The translations under genes and the position numbers were made by a program. The notes beneath the pieces are model-generated. The model was not told where the DNA came from. It did no database searches and was given only the letters and a program-made list of their open reading frames with translations. Shown piece by piece: positions 8,136 to 17,369 of a DNA stretch of 64,000 nt; the first letter of the stretch is position 1; every line of letters starts with the position of its first letter. Origin of the DNA: a virus; IMG/VR virus record IMGVR_UViG_3300042691_037870, positions 1-64,000 of that record; one strand, written 5' to 3'.

Positions 8136-8666
8136 TTACCAAGGTTTATCAGAAGATAAACCGAGAGCTTTTCCGAACAAGCTCGGACCGTAACAAGCCC
8201 AGAACTTAGGAGTTAGTGGATCCATTGATTTTTTAAGATCACATTGTTGTCTTGCCCAAAAACTTGCAGCTGCTCCGGGATCGTCGTTTTTAATACTTAA
8301 TCCTGTAGCATCTCCCCACTCAATTCTTGTTCCAATGATGTTACCTTCATCATCTTTTTTACCGCTGTTATGATATACATAAAACTTTTTATCTCCACCA
8401 CGTTTAGGTGTATCAAGTTCAATTTTACGACCATCAGAATCTACAGCATCTTTACCTACTTCAAGATTTGCCGCCATCCATGCTGCTTTATCTTTAAGTA
8501 TGATATTACCTTCATCCCAGTATTTTTTTGTTTCTTCAAAAAGTTCTTTATAAGCTTGACTGCCTATACGATAAACAGAATTGGTAATGTCTAACCCATT
8601 TTCCATGTGGTAACGAAAACCTTCTGATACTACAAAATCGTTAAAATCTTTAATGTATTTCATCAT
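8136..8666 (-). CDS. Leader-tagged protein with DUF6321-like C-terminal motif
   Basis: Probable start at 8666 (ATGA overlap with upstream stop): MMKYIKDFNDFVVSE; C-terminal KFYVY...WGD..GLSIKNDDPGAAASFWARQQC...PKFWAC. Confidence 0.6.
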   Translation of the reverse strand: MMKYIKDFNDFVVSEGFRYHMENGLDITNSVYRIGSQAYKELFEETKKYWDEGNIILKDKAAWMAANLEVGKDAVDSDGRKIELDTPKRGGDKKFYVYHNSGKKDDEGNIIGTRIEWGDATGLSIKNDDPGAAASFWARQQCDLKKSMDPLTPKFWACYGPSLFGKALGLSSDKPW

Positions 8667-9799
8667 TCTTGTATTAGATTGTTCTTTATTATAATATCGC
8701 AAATTTCTCGTGAAACTTGTGTATCTGATGGGTAATGTATTCCTGTCAGTTCTCGGCTATTTGCAATCTTTTTACCAAGTTCTAATAGCTTATCACCTAC
8801 TTGTGGATATTTACGAGTATAGTACTCACTCGTCATAAAACCAAGAAGAGCATGACCACTTGGATATGAAGCACTCATTGCATCTGTACGAATTAGCGGA
8901 TAGATAGGATAGTTATAGTATTTTGCTAATTGATAAGGTCTTGGACGATTTATGATATCTTTAAGAAAATGTAATATACCTTCAGATTGACTATCAATTC
9001 TAAAGAAATCACCCATAGTAATTTCTACATCGTGTTCTTTAAGAATATCAATAAACATTTGTGCAATGTTACTTGGGTCATCCACAAAACGTGCAAAGGT
9101 GATTTCTTCAGCTGTTGCTTTAGTAGTTTTATCAACAAGAATTTGTAAATCACTTTGAGTAATTTCACTGTTATTTAGCGGTGCTTCTTGTTTAAATTTT
9201 TCAGTTAATCCGTTTTCAATAAACCAATTCTTAATATAGTCATCAGGTTTTTGCATGATTTCTATATACTCAAGTGGCGGATTCCCATAGTTAACAGAAT
9301 TAATCTCTACTTGTGTATCAAGAATACCCATTTGTGCTTCATACAATTCTGTTTTCTTTTTCTTTCCTTTATCAGGGCCTCCTTCATGAGGAATCATACC
9401 TTGAGCAATCAGAGAAGTTTTTATACCAAACGGAATTTCTTTACCCTCTTCATATTCTTTTTTATACTTAAGAAGAGTTTCCTTTTTATATGGAGATTCT
9501 TTCTCATCAAGAAGATCTTCTCTACCTAATTGACGATAAACCTCTTTACGAGTTTTTTCCATTTTTTCAGCATACTCAGGATCGTCATTTCGGTTAAACA
9601 CAATTTGCTGAGTTAAACTACCGCTAATTTTCTTTACATCCTTTTTACGAGTTTTGATTAACCAAGCTGCTAAGTCTTTAATACTTAAATCACGAAAACG
9701 GCCTTCTGCATCAGGTGCATCAGAATCTTTCCATTCAGGTGCACCAGCAGGTTTTTTCTTTTCATTTAACCACTCGTTAAAGGATTTTATATTATTCAT
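8663..9799 (-). CDS. Leader-tagged PAP2-superfamily phosphatase / vanadium haloperoxidase-like protein
   Basis: Probable start MNNIKSFNEWLNE at 9799; KDIINRPRP, YPSGH and SRELTGIHYPSD are the three PAP2 motifs. Confidence 0.85.
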   Translation of the reverse strand: MNNIKSFNEWLNEKKKPAGAPEWKDSDAPDAEGRFRDLSIKDLAAWLIKTRKKDVKKISGSLTQQIVFNRNDDPEYAEKMEKTRKEVYRQLGREDLLDEKESPYKKETLLKYKKEYEEGKEIPFGIKTSLIAQGMIPHEGGPDKGKKKKTELYEAQMGILDTQVEINSVNYGNPPLEYIEIMQKPDDYIKNWFIENGLTEKFKQEAPLNNSEITQSDLQILVDKTTKATAEEITFARFVDDPSNIAQMFIDILKEHDVEITMGDFFRIDSQSEGILHFLKDIINRPRPYQLAKYYNYPIYPLIRTDAMSASYPSGHALLGFMTSEYYTRKYPQVGDKLLELGKKIANSRELTGIHYPSDTQVSREICDIIIKNNLIQE

Positions 9800-10352
9800 C
9801 TCCGTAAAGTTCATGGTATTTTTTTGTATGTGTTGAGGGTTTTAAGTTCTTTTTGCCTTTTGTATCACCAGGCATTTCTTTATAAGCATCAGGATCATCA
9901 TCGTCCATTGCTGCTTGCTTTGCCATTTGTGCCTTTTTCTTTGCCTCAGTACTTTTACTGATACCTACAAAATATTCACGAGCTTCATTTTTTGCTTTAG
10001 GATCATGACCACCATCACGCACTTCTTTTGCAAGATCAGCGTCAGCTTTGCCCCAAGTACCTTTTCCTTTAGTTAAAAATGAGTTTACACGAGCATAACC
10101 CCACTGCTCTTGCCCTGCTCCAGGACGATGACCAGATTTCCAAGCAGCCATACCTCGTCTCATAACAGCACGAATAATTCCAATAGGAACCCCTGTTTCA
10201 TCTGCCTTTTTCTTTAATCCTTTCTCAATGGCATCATTATCAATTGGCGATCTATCGGTTGATTTCTTATCGTCATCATCAGCTTCATTTAAAAAGATTT
10301 CTTCAAGCTGATTCTCAAATACGAATTGTTCGAACGTAGTTATATGCTTCAT
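9792..10352 (-). CDS. Leader-tagged DUF5824-like protein
   Basis: MKHITTFEQFVFE...FLNE; RRGMAAWKSGHRPGAGQEQWGYARVNSF motif. Confidence 0.65.
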   Translation of the reverse strand: MKHITTFEQFVFENQLEEIFLNEADDDDKKSTDRSPIDNDAIEKGLKKKADETGVPIGIIRAVMRRGMAAWKSGHRPGAGQEQWGYARVNSFLTKGKGTWGKADADLAKEVRDGGHDPKAKNEAREYFVGISKSTEAKKKAQMAKQAAMDDDDPDAYKEMPGDTKGKKNLKPSTHTKKYHELYGDE

Positions 10353-10360
10353 ATTTTTTG

Positions 10361-11614
10361 TTATATTATTGTACCCATTTGTAATGAGCCTGGATTATCA
10401 CCAACGAATGGGTTTAATGCTGAATAAATTGCACCTACATTTGTTGCGTTATGATTATTACCACTAATATCTAATAACTGCCCATTTTCAGAAGATCCCG
10501 TAAAAATTAGCATTACGGTTTCAGGCCCATTAGTTAAAGGTGCTGTTGGTACAGTAAATCCTGACGTGTTATATATTACAGTGTCAGACCATCTAAAGTT
10601 ACTCATTAATCCTTTAAACTCTGACTGAGACTCATTACCATATCCTATTGTTAATGGTAAATTTTGACTAGAAATTGGAACACTATATGTTGTTTGGTTT
10701 AATAGAACTCCATCAGCATACATATAAAGAGTTGTTTCTGATCTTTGTATACAAATATGATGCCACGTTCCTGGAGTTGGTTCAAATGTACCAGCAATTA
10801 CATCGTTATTATTTGCCCAGAAGTATAATAGAGTCCCCCCTGCTTCAATAGATATTGCATTTGCTGCTGGATATGAACCAAAGCTATATAAACGCGGAAA
10901 ACCACCAAATACACCAGGAATATCCGTTGCATTAATAAACATTTCAATTGTAAAATCTCCAGCAATATCAAAGTCTGTACTTGCAGCTACAGTAACATGT
11001 CCAGGGGGCGGTGTGTTTACATCCCAAGACCAACCCTTTTCACCTAAAATTACAAGAGCTGCATCACCAGCAGTACCCGGTATTGCATTAGTTCCACCTG
11101 AAAGATCTATATACCCATTAGTTACTTCACTTTCACTTAATGTTACAAGTATATTATCTACTGCGGTTTGAGTAAGAGCACAATTATGTACATATAATTC
11201 ATTACCATCAAAGCCTAATGGCTGAGAAGATGATATTATTAATTCAGTTAATTCTTCATTTTGGCTAAAGTCAAAACGTTCTAATAAAGGAAGATAAGAT
11301 ATATCTATGGATCCAACTAAGTCACAATCGTCAAAATCTATGTAACGTAAATTATTTAATTCACTAAGATCAGGAAAACCATCAGAAAAATCACTATCAT
11401 CTACACGCAACTCTTCGAGTGAATCGCAACCTGATAAATTTATAGATGTTAAACTACTTATACTTGTGCCTGGAAAATCACAATCACTAATGTCAACATA
11501 TAATAAATTAGGAAGATTTGATAAATCAATAGATTCCAGAGAATGAAATTCTAAATTTATACTTTGTAAGTTTACGAGATTTTGTAAACCTATTATTGAT
11601 GTTATTTGTGCCAT
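10361..11614 (-). CDS. Leucine-rich repeat plus LamG/concanavalin A-like domain protein
   Basis: LxxLxxLxL repeats in the N-terminal half; GDFTIEMFI...WHHICIQRS...YADG...FKGLMSNFR LamG pattern in the C-terminal half. Confidence 0.8.
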   Translation of the reverse strand: MAQITSIIGLQNLVNLQSINLEFHSLESIDLSNLPNLLYVDISDCDFPGTSISSLTSINLSGCDSLEELRVDDSDFSDGFPDLSELNNLRYIDFDDCDLVGSIDISYLPLLERFDFSQNEELTELIISSSQPLGFDGNELYVHNCALTQTAVDNILVTLSESEVTNGYIDLSGGTNAIPGTAGDAALVILGEKGWSWDVNTPPPGHVTVAASTDFDIAGDFTIEMFINATDIPGVFGGFPRLYSFGSYPAANAISIEAGGTLLYFWANNNDVIAGTFEPTPGTWHHICIQRSETTLYMYADGVLLNQTTYSVPISSQNLPLTIGYGNESQSEFKGLMSNFRWSDTVIYNTSGFTVPTAPLTNGPETVMLIFTGSSENGQLLDISGNNHNATNVGAIYSALNPFVGDNPGSLQMGTII

Positions 11615-11627
11615 ATCATATTATTTT

Positions 11628-12059
11628 TTAATCGTTTGATGAATAAAATTCAGTAACAATACTTGCATCATCAAAGCAAATTCTAACTGTGTACTGTTGG
11701 TCAGATTCTGGGAATTCATGAAATTCCTCATAAAATCCGCCGTAACCTGAATCATCATGTGTTGTACCATCACCCCAGTCAATCGTAAAATTAATAGGAC
11801 CTGTTGTATTAAAGTTAAAATAAAAATTAGTTCCTTCTGTAGTATCTACCACAAGTTGTATGCAATTTCCAGGTAGACTATCTATGGCACCACCACCTCC
11901 TGCGCCTGTTGATGTAGACTGACTTTGATTATTTACTTGAATAGCTTCTAGCATTTGATCATACTCAAGCTGTTCTTGATATAATCTCCACTTTCTTTCA
12001 AGTTCTGCTTGACTAATTTGTGAATGATTAAATCTATTAATGAATTGATCTTTTTTCAT
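11628..12059 (-). CDS. Protein with helical N-terminus, Gly linker and PKD-like domain
   Basis: GAGGGG linker then FTIDWGDGT...QYTVRI. Confidence 0.65.
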   Translation of the reverse strand: MKKDQFINRFNHSQISQAELERKWRLYQEQLEYDQMLEAIQVNNQSQSTSTGAGGGGAIDSLPGNCIQLVVDTTEGTNFYFNFNTTGPINFTIDWGDGTTHDDSGYGGFYEEFHEFPESDQQYTVRICFDDASIVTEFYSSND

Positions 12060-12079
12060 TACTTTACTTATGATTTTAA

Positions 12080-12643
12080 TTAAAAGTACGTCTGTTCAAA
12101 ATATAATACTTCAAATTTATTAGTTGGGTTAATTAATTCAAGAGCGTTTAAGTAATCTGAATACTCGGATACTTCTCCTACTTGAATATCAACATATTTT
12201 TGAATAAAGTTAAACGTAGCAGGGTCCCTATCAAGAACTACTTTTTGATCATCTGAGTATTTCATTAACAGTCCATATTCTAATTCATAAGCACGGTTAA
12301 TAATTTCAACAAGACCGCTGAAAGTTAAAGATGTTGGAACACTCGGTATTACCGGAATTAAATTCCATTGAGTTAAGTAATCTTGAATTCCTTGTGCGTG
12401 ACTAAGTTCTCCTTCAGCTTCTGCATTAAAAAAGTCAGCAGCTTTTTTATAATTTGCATTTTTACACCAGTTAGCAGCATTACGATAAAAATAATAAGCA
12501 GTATACTCATCACCTAACCTTTCGTTAAGCATTTTTTCAATATCTTCTTCAAGCGGCTTTGGTTTGATAGGATTGATATTAAAGTTCATTGCTTCATTAA
12601 TAGCTTGAACTTTGTTTTTTCTAAATGTCTTAAATTCTTCCAT
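12080..12643 (-). CDS. ftnA: Ferritin-like protein with divergent N-terminal leader
   Basis: LNERLGDEYTAYYFY...AADFFNAEAEGELSHAQ...AYELE...TFNFIQKYVDIQVGE ferritin pattern; N-terminus MEEFKTFRKNKVQAINE. Confidence 0.85.
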   Translation of the reverse strand: MEEFKTFRKNKVQAINEAMNFNINPIKPKPLEEDIEKMLNERLGDEYTAYYFYRNAANWCKNANYKKAADFFNAEAEGELSHAQGIQDYLTQWNLIPVIPSVPTSLTFSGLVEIINRAYELEYGLLMKYSDDQKVVLDRDPATFNFIQKYVDIQVGEVSEYSDYLNALELINPTNKFEVLYFEQTYF

Positions 12644-12957
12644 TATAAATTTCCGATTCTTTTGATTTTTACATCTTGATTTCCTTTTGATGTAATTGCT
12701 TTGACAGTGGTTCCTTTTTCTAACTTAAACATATCACTATTTTTTACAATAAGTGATCCTATAATAGGCTTTAGTTTATCACTGTCCATTAAATAGAGAC
12801 TATCAGAATCGTCATTTTGTCTTTCAAATCCAGCAACAGTTATGTTTTCTTTGTTTCCTCCAATAATCACTTCATATTTTCCCGCTATCTTAACCAGAGG
12901 CCCAACTTGTTTATAAGCTTCTGTAATAAATTCATTAAATGATGGTATGTGTTTCAT
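12643..12957 (-). CDS. Leader-tagged hypothetical protein
   Basis: Starts MKHIPSFNEFITE. Confidence 0.7.
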   Translation of the reverse strand: MKHIPSFNEFITEAYKQVGPLVKIAGKYEVIIGGNKENITVAGFERQNDDSDSLYLMDSDKLKPIIGSLIVKNSDMFKLEKGTTVKAITSKGNQDVKIKRIGNL

Positions 12958-12987
12958 CTTATTATATATTTTACTAAAAACTTAAAT

Positions 12988-13650
12988 TTAATCGTAAGCT
13001 TCTAAGTCCCATTGTAATCGTTGGATCATTTGATTAGTCGTTCTTAACATTGGATAATCTTTTTCAATTCTTGCACGAATTCCTGGATCGTATATCATTG
13101 ATTGAGCCATATCATGAGCATATTCATTCCCACCTGCATCGCTAATAGCACCTTTTAAAATTCTTTGATATTCTTGTGGAGAATAAGCATCTGATTTCAT
13201 TCCTTTATTCCAAGCTGCAGGTCTAGGTTTTTTAGGTTTTACGTCAACACCAGGATTTTGTGCTACAACTGCGGATAATCTAAAGGATTTTTTATTTTTC
13301 TTGGAATCCATTACATTAACAAGATCATCTTCAACAGAACTTATGATATATGAAAATCCATTAAATTGAATTGCGGATCCTACCATAAAATCATATTTAC
13401 CTTCATTAACTAAAGATTCGGTTAACCCTAAAGCCTTTTTAGCAGAATTTATAATGATTTCTTTTTCTTCATCGGAAATTAATCTACTTATAGGCATTGA
13501 ATCTAATCTGCTTCTTAAATCAGCCTCAGTATATTTTTTACCTTTTATTTGCTGTGCTATAGTACGCCCTGCTGCTTCTAACCCACGAACGGGCATTCCT
13601 TCATTAAGGTTTTCATTTATGAATTGGTCAAATGTTGGTATATGTTTCAT
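12988..13650 (-). CDS. Leader-tagged multi-segment protein
   Basis: MKHIPTFDQFINENLNE; internal LTESLVNE. Confidence 0.7.
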   Translation of the reverse strand: MKHIPTFDQFINENLNEGMPVRGLEAAGRTIAQQIKGKKYTEADLRSRLDSMPISRLISDEEKEIIINSAKKALGLTESLVNEGKYDFMVGSAIQFNGFSYIISSVEDDLVNVMDSKKNKKSFRLSAVVAQNPGVDVKPKKPRPAAWNKGMKSDAYSPQEYQRILKGAISDAGGNEYAHDMAQSMIYDPGIRARIEKDYPMLRTTNQMIQRLQWDLEAYD

Positions 13651-13853
13651 TACTTCATTTTTTTTAAAATTTTACAAAGCTCATCAATCTGATCTTTATC
13701 TATGATAAACTCTACTTGAGTTTTGCCAATAAATGGCATTTGCATCAATTTAACATAATGATTGTTACTTTGAATAGCAATCTTTTTATCTTCATTATCT
13801 TTATTAATGTATTCAACGTTTGCCTCGTTTAAAAACTCTTTAAATGATTCCAT
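13650..13853 (-). CDS. Leader-tagged small protein
   Basis: Starts MESFKEFLNE (short, T4-like form of the leader). Confidence 0.65.
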   Translation of the reverse strand: MESFKEFLNEANVEYINKDNEDKKIAIQSNNHYVKLMQMPFIGKTQVEFIIDKDQIDELCKILKKMK

Positions 13854-13854
13854 C

Positions 13855-14436
13855 TTATATGTATGATTTTAATTCTTCATAAAAAGGCCAAACACTTTTT
13901 GGCACAAGTTTCTGAAAATCTTTTTCGGTTCCTGTTTTTAATGTTTCACGAACTTTTGTACCACTTGGACCATCTTCATCACGATTCATTACGCTCTCAA
14001 GTGAAAACTCATTAACCTTAACATCACTCTTAGGTGATACTAAATAATCTACTTGACGCTGATAATCTTTAAGACGATCAGCACCACAGCCCATAGCAAC
14101 AGGATCATAACCAGCCTTCATAACAACTTTTGCCATTTGAGGAATCACTGTTTTTAAGTGATCCGGGAAAATTATCCAATCAGCAAGAATGTTACGATAT
14201 TCAGCAGCGACAGCTTTACCGATTCTTTGTAACAGCTCAATAGGAAATGGAGAATCCGGCCCTGCTTTTACAATTTGAATTGGTATAACTCTCTTATTTC
14301 CAAATTCTTTAGAAGTTCTCTTAAATGCCTCAATGTGTCCATTGTGCACAGGCATAAAGCGGCCTGGAAAGATTGCTACTTTTTCTCCGCTGTTTACTTC
14401 AGAAATGAATTCCTCAAATAGTTTAATATGCTTCAT
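13855..14436 (-). CDS. Leader-tagged HIGH-superfamily nucleotidyltransferase (cytidylyltransferase/NMNAT/PPAT-like)
   Basis: MKHIKLFEEFISE; VAIFPGRFMPVHNGH, GCGADR and SGTKVRE motifs. Confidence 0.85.
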   Translation of the reverse strand: MKHIKLFEEFISEVNSGEKVAIFPGRFMPVHNGHIEAFKRTSKEFGNKRVIPIQIVKAGPDSPFPIELLQRIGKAVAAEYRNILADWIIFPDHLKTVIPQMAKVVMKAGYDPVAMGCGADRLKDYQRQVDYLVSPKSDVKVNEFSLESVMNRDEDGPSGTKVRETLKTGTEKDFQKLVPKSVWPFYEELKSYI

Positions 14437-14437
14437 C

Positions 14438-14683
14438 TTAAAATGTAAGTGTAAATCCTTTTGATGATGGCGTAATATGTTTTAAGCCGCCTTTACATAA
14501 GATCATAAGTTGATCGCCGGTTAATTTTTTCACAGCAATATCAATGATAACAGATTCTGTTGTTAAAGATTTTGCTGTCATTGCAATATCAGCGTCTTTT
14601 AGGTCAGCACTTTTAAGTGTAACCCCAATAGCGCCCAATTCAGCTATTTTGTTTTCGTTAATATGTTCTGAAAACGTTTTCAT
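14438..14683 (-). CDS. Leader-tagged small protein
   Basis: Starts MKTFSEHINE. Confidence 0.65.
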   Translation of the reverse strand: MKTFSEHINENKIAELGAIGVTLKSADLKDADIAMTAKSLTTESVIIDIAVKKLTGDQLMILCKGGLKHITPSSKGFTLTF

Positions 14684-15138
14684 TAGAATGTAGAATCCAT
14701 GATTACATTAGCAACCATATCAATTAATTGTTTTTGTGATTTCTTTGTATCTGGATGTAAAAAGTTTTGTTTATCTAACATGTCAACAATAACAGTAGCA
14801 AGAACTTTAGCTCCAGATGGTTTACCGTGACCAGCAACTTGAACTGATGCTTCATTAACTTCTTCAAATTCATAAATGGTCCCCATCACTTCTTCTTTGC
14901 TGTTAAATCGTTTTACTGCCTTTTTAACTTTATCCAAGTTTCTGGTAACGGTATCAAGTACTCCAGGATCAATATCTCTACCTGCAGATGTGTTTTGATA
15001 AAAGTTCATTAAATTTTTTGCAACAAGATATAACTCATTACTGATTACATCTTTAGGAAGTCTATAAAAAACTCCTTCGTTAACTTCAGCAACTTTTAAG
15101 CTTTCATTAAATTGTTCGAATGATGGCAATTTGCTCAT
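14683..15138 (-). CDS. Leader-tagged two-segment protein
   Basis: MSKLPSFEQFNE...EVNE; internal FEEVNE. Confidence 0.65.
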   Translation of the reverse strand: MSKLPSFEQFNESLKVAEVNEGVFYRLPKDVISNELYLVAKNLMNFYQNTSAGRDIDPGVLDTVTRNLDKVKKAVKRFNSKEEVMGTIYEFEEVNEASVQVAGHGKPSGAKVLATVIVDMLDKQNFLHPDTKKSQKQLIDMVANVIMDSTF

Positions 15139-15156
15139 GTATATATGTTTTATTTT

Positions 15157-15453
15157 TTAAGATTCTTGTGCTATCATTGCGTCAATAACATCAGAAGATA
15201 TCCAACCTTTTGCTTTAGCAAATTGTTTTGCTAAAGCTATGACTTTCTTTTCACCAGCAGGTTTAACTTCATTGCTTGGACCTTCTTCGTTATTATCGTT
15301 CCATTCTTCAACACAAGCTTCAACTTCGTGTTGAATTTGTAAATCATTCGGATTTTTAATTTTACCTTTTTCTCCGCTATTATGATAGCCTTCCCAGTAC
15401 TTAGCGTCAAACCCTTCATTTACGAACTGCTCAAATGTAGGTATATGTTTCAT
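15157..15453 (-). CDS. Leader-tagged hypothetical protein
   Basis: Probable start at 15453: MKHIPTFEQFVNE. Confidence 0.7.
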   Translation of the reverse strand: MKHIPTFEQFVNEGFDAKYWEGYHNSGEKGKIKNPNDLQIQHEVEACVEEWNDNNEEGPSNEVKPAGEKKVIALAKQFAKAKGWISSDVIDAMIAQES

Positions 15454-15457
15454 TTCT

Positions 15458-15973
15458 TTATTTCTTTTTATATTCATCAGCATTTTTCTTATCCGCAGAA
15501 GAAAGTGCTTTATATAGTTTATCTATATATTCAGCATGAGTTCTTCCCGATGTATAAGCACGATTATCATCAGCATACATATAAGTTTTATCACTCATAT
15601 CATAATGTCTTTGCCATTTTTGATATGGTGTGTAAATCTTGTCTTCAAGATAATTTAAGATATCTTGCTTAGATGTTTTTTTCTTATTTAAGTACCATTC
15701 CCAAGATCCACGAAAACTACCTAACTTATACGCATGAATTGCATCTCCGGTTTTAAGCTGAATTTCAAATTTAATACCTTGCTTATCATCGCTTTGATCA
15801 ACTGTAGATTTTATGTACTTTTCAGATTCACGCCAATCAACAGGGATTAAATGTTTAACGCTTATTAAAACATCATCTTTAAGGTCCTGAGGAGTTCCCC
15901 AAGACCCTTTGCGATAATCAGCGTATGTTTGGTATTCATTTAAGAATTCATTAAATGATGGAAGTGTTTTCAT
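15458..15973 (-). CDS. Leader-tagged hypothetical protein
   Basis: Starts MKTLPSFNEFLNE. Confidence 0.7.
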   Translation of the reverse strand: MKTLPSFNEFLNEYQTYADYRKGSWGTPQDLKDDVLISVKHLIPVDWRESEKYIKSTVDQSDDKQGIKFEIQLKTGDAIHAYKLGSFRGSWEWYLNKKKTSKQDILNYLEDKIYTPYQKWQRHYDMSDKTYMYADDNRAYTSGRTHAEYIDKLYKALSSADKKNADEYKKK

Positions 15974-15991
15974 ATGTTATTAATATTTGTA

Positions 15992-16022
15992 TAAAATTAA
16001 ACAAAAAAATTGACATAGCAAA
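15992..16022 (-). promoter_or_regulatory. Candidate Bacteroidota-type host sigma promoter
   Basis: TTTG (16022-16019), 19-nt spacer, TAATTTTA (15999-15992); one mismatch from the TTTG/TAnnTTTG consensus, 18 nt before the ATG at 15973. Confidence 0.3.
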
Positions 16023-16039
16023 ATTTTTGTGAAACTTTT

Positions 16040-16315
16040 TTACTTATTTTCATTCCACACAGTTTGTAGCCAAGCTTCTAATTCTTTAAGTTCTTTTACA
16101 GATTTAGGTTTTCCATATTCATCCATAAATGCCTTTCTGAATGCTGTAAACGAATCCGATTCTTGTGCCATAATATGAATTTCACCAATCTTGGATTCAT
16201 CAATATTTGGTCTGTATACCACAGGTCTATGCATATAATCGACTCCAATCGGAGTGCCATCAGGCATATGAAATGATTCATTTAAGAATTGATTAAATGT
16301 ATGTATATGTTTCAT
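16040..16315 (-). CDS. Leader-tagged hypothetical protein
   Basis: Probable start at 16315: MKHIHTFNQFLNE; internal IDE. Confidence 0.7.
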   Translation of the reverse strand: MKHIHTFNQFLNESFHMPDGTPIGVDYMHRPVVYRPNIDESKIGEIHIMAQESDSFTAFRKAFMDEYGKPKSVKELKELEAWLQTVWNENK

Positions 16316-16980
16316 ATTTTCCATAAAGATAATGTCTTATCTTGTAATTTTATGTACTTACCATTTCTATAAATTCGATAAGCTTCTGATATTTCTTCAA
16401 TTTCTTCAAGAGGTTTATCAAAATTAAAAGGCTCTAATAAAAGATTCACTGGCCTCCATTGACCGGCTATTTTTAAATTTGTGTTTCTATCAATGGTTTT
16501 AAAATTGGTAGCAAACACATACTGTATACCTGAGTTTCTTAAATTAGTAATAATTTTTTGAATGTCTTCAGCAGGTAAATGAACTAAAACATCTCTTAAG
16601 ATAACAGCGTCAAAGTTTTTGTCATTGACAATTTTTTCTATAGCATTTCCATGTTCAAATTCAATTAAGTCTTTTTGAAAATATTTTTTATGATTATCTT
16701 CAATAAGATCTTTAACAATGTCTACACCTTTATAATACTCAAATGTAGATACAATTTCTTTCATCCAATTAAAATCACCACATGCACAATCCAAAATTCT
16801 TTTAATACCGTACTTTTGACAGATTTCAGGTAATAAAGAACGCGTGTTTTGTGTATGTTTTAAATCAGACCCTTTTCCAGAGAATGATTTATTTTCACCT
16901 GCTTTCCAATAAGCAGTTTCATAAATATAACTAAAAGTTTCTTCAGTAGATAACCCTTTTAGTTTTTTTGCATTGTTCAT
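16312..16980 (-). CDS. Class I SAM-dependent methyltransferase (untagged)
   Basis: ILDCACGDFNWM, YKGVDIV, DAVILRDVLVHL motifs. Confidence 0.85.
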   Translation of the reverse strand: MNNAKKLKGLSTEETFSYIYETAYWKAGENKSFSGKGSDLKHTQNTRSLLPEICQKYGIKRILDCACGDFNWMKEIVSTFEYYKGVDIVKDLIEDNHKKYFQKDLIEFEHGNAIEKIVNDKNFDAVILRDVLVHLPAEDIQKIITNLRNSGIQYVFATNFKTIDRNTNLKIAGQWRPVNLLLEPFNFDKPLEEIEEISEAYRIYRNGKYIKLQDKTLSLWKI

Positions 16981-17010
16981 TATATAAAGTTTAAAAGTTA
17001 TAAATTCCTT

Positions 17011-17103
17011 TTAGTTTTTAAAATCTCTAACGAGTACTGTTATAGCCATAATTGCTACAATGATTGCAATTACAGTGTACGGAACCGTTGGTTCTGTGTA
17101 CAT
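17011..17103 (-). CDS. 30-aa single-TM peptide
   Basis: Hand translation: MYTEPTVPYTVIAIIVAIMAITVLVRDFKN*; fills the gap between neighbouring genes. Confidence 0.5.
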   Translation of the reverse strand: MYTEPTVPYTVIAIIVAIMAITVLVRDFKN

Positions 17104-17115
17104 GATTATCTAATT

Positions 17116-17364
17116 TTATTTTGCAGTTGTTAAGTTTTTCATTTCTGTTTGAAAGAAATTGCAAACTTCTTCAATATCATCTTTACTCGTTGCAATATGA
17201 TCCGCTGCCCAGTTATGCCCATTTTGTAAAATACTGTCTACTTGTGCAGGATCAAGGGCAAGAAGCATTTCAGCATGTCTTTTAATTGTTTCTAAATTGG
17301 CAAAAAACATATAGTTTTGTGCTTCTTCATTTAAAAATTCCTTATAAGTTGGTATTTGATTCAT
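17116..17364 (-). CDS. Leader-tagged small protein
   Basis: MNQIPTYKEFLNE; NYMFFANL...HNWAADHIATSKDDIEEV. Confidence 0.7.
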   Translation of the reverse strand: MNQIPTYKEFLNEEAQNYMFFANLETIKRHAEMLLALDPAQVDSILQNGHNWAADHIATSKDDIEEVCNFFQTEMKNLTTAK

Positions 17365-17369
17365 AATGA

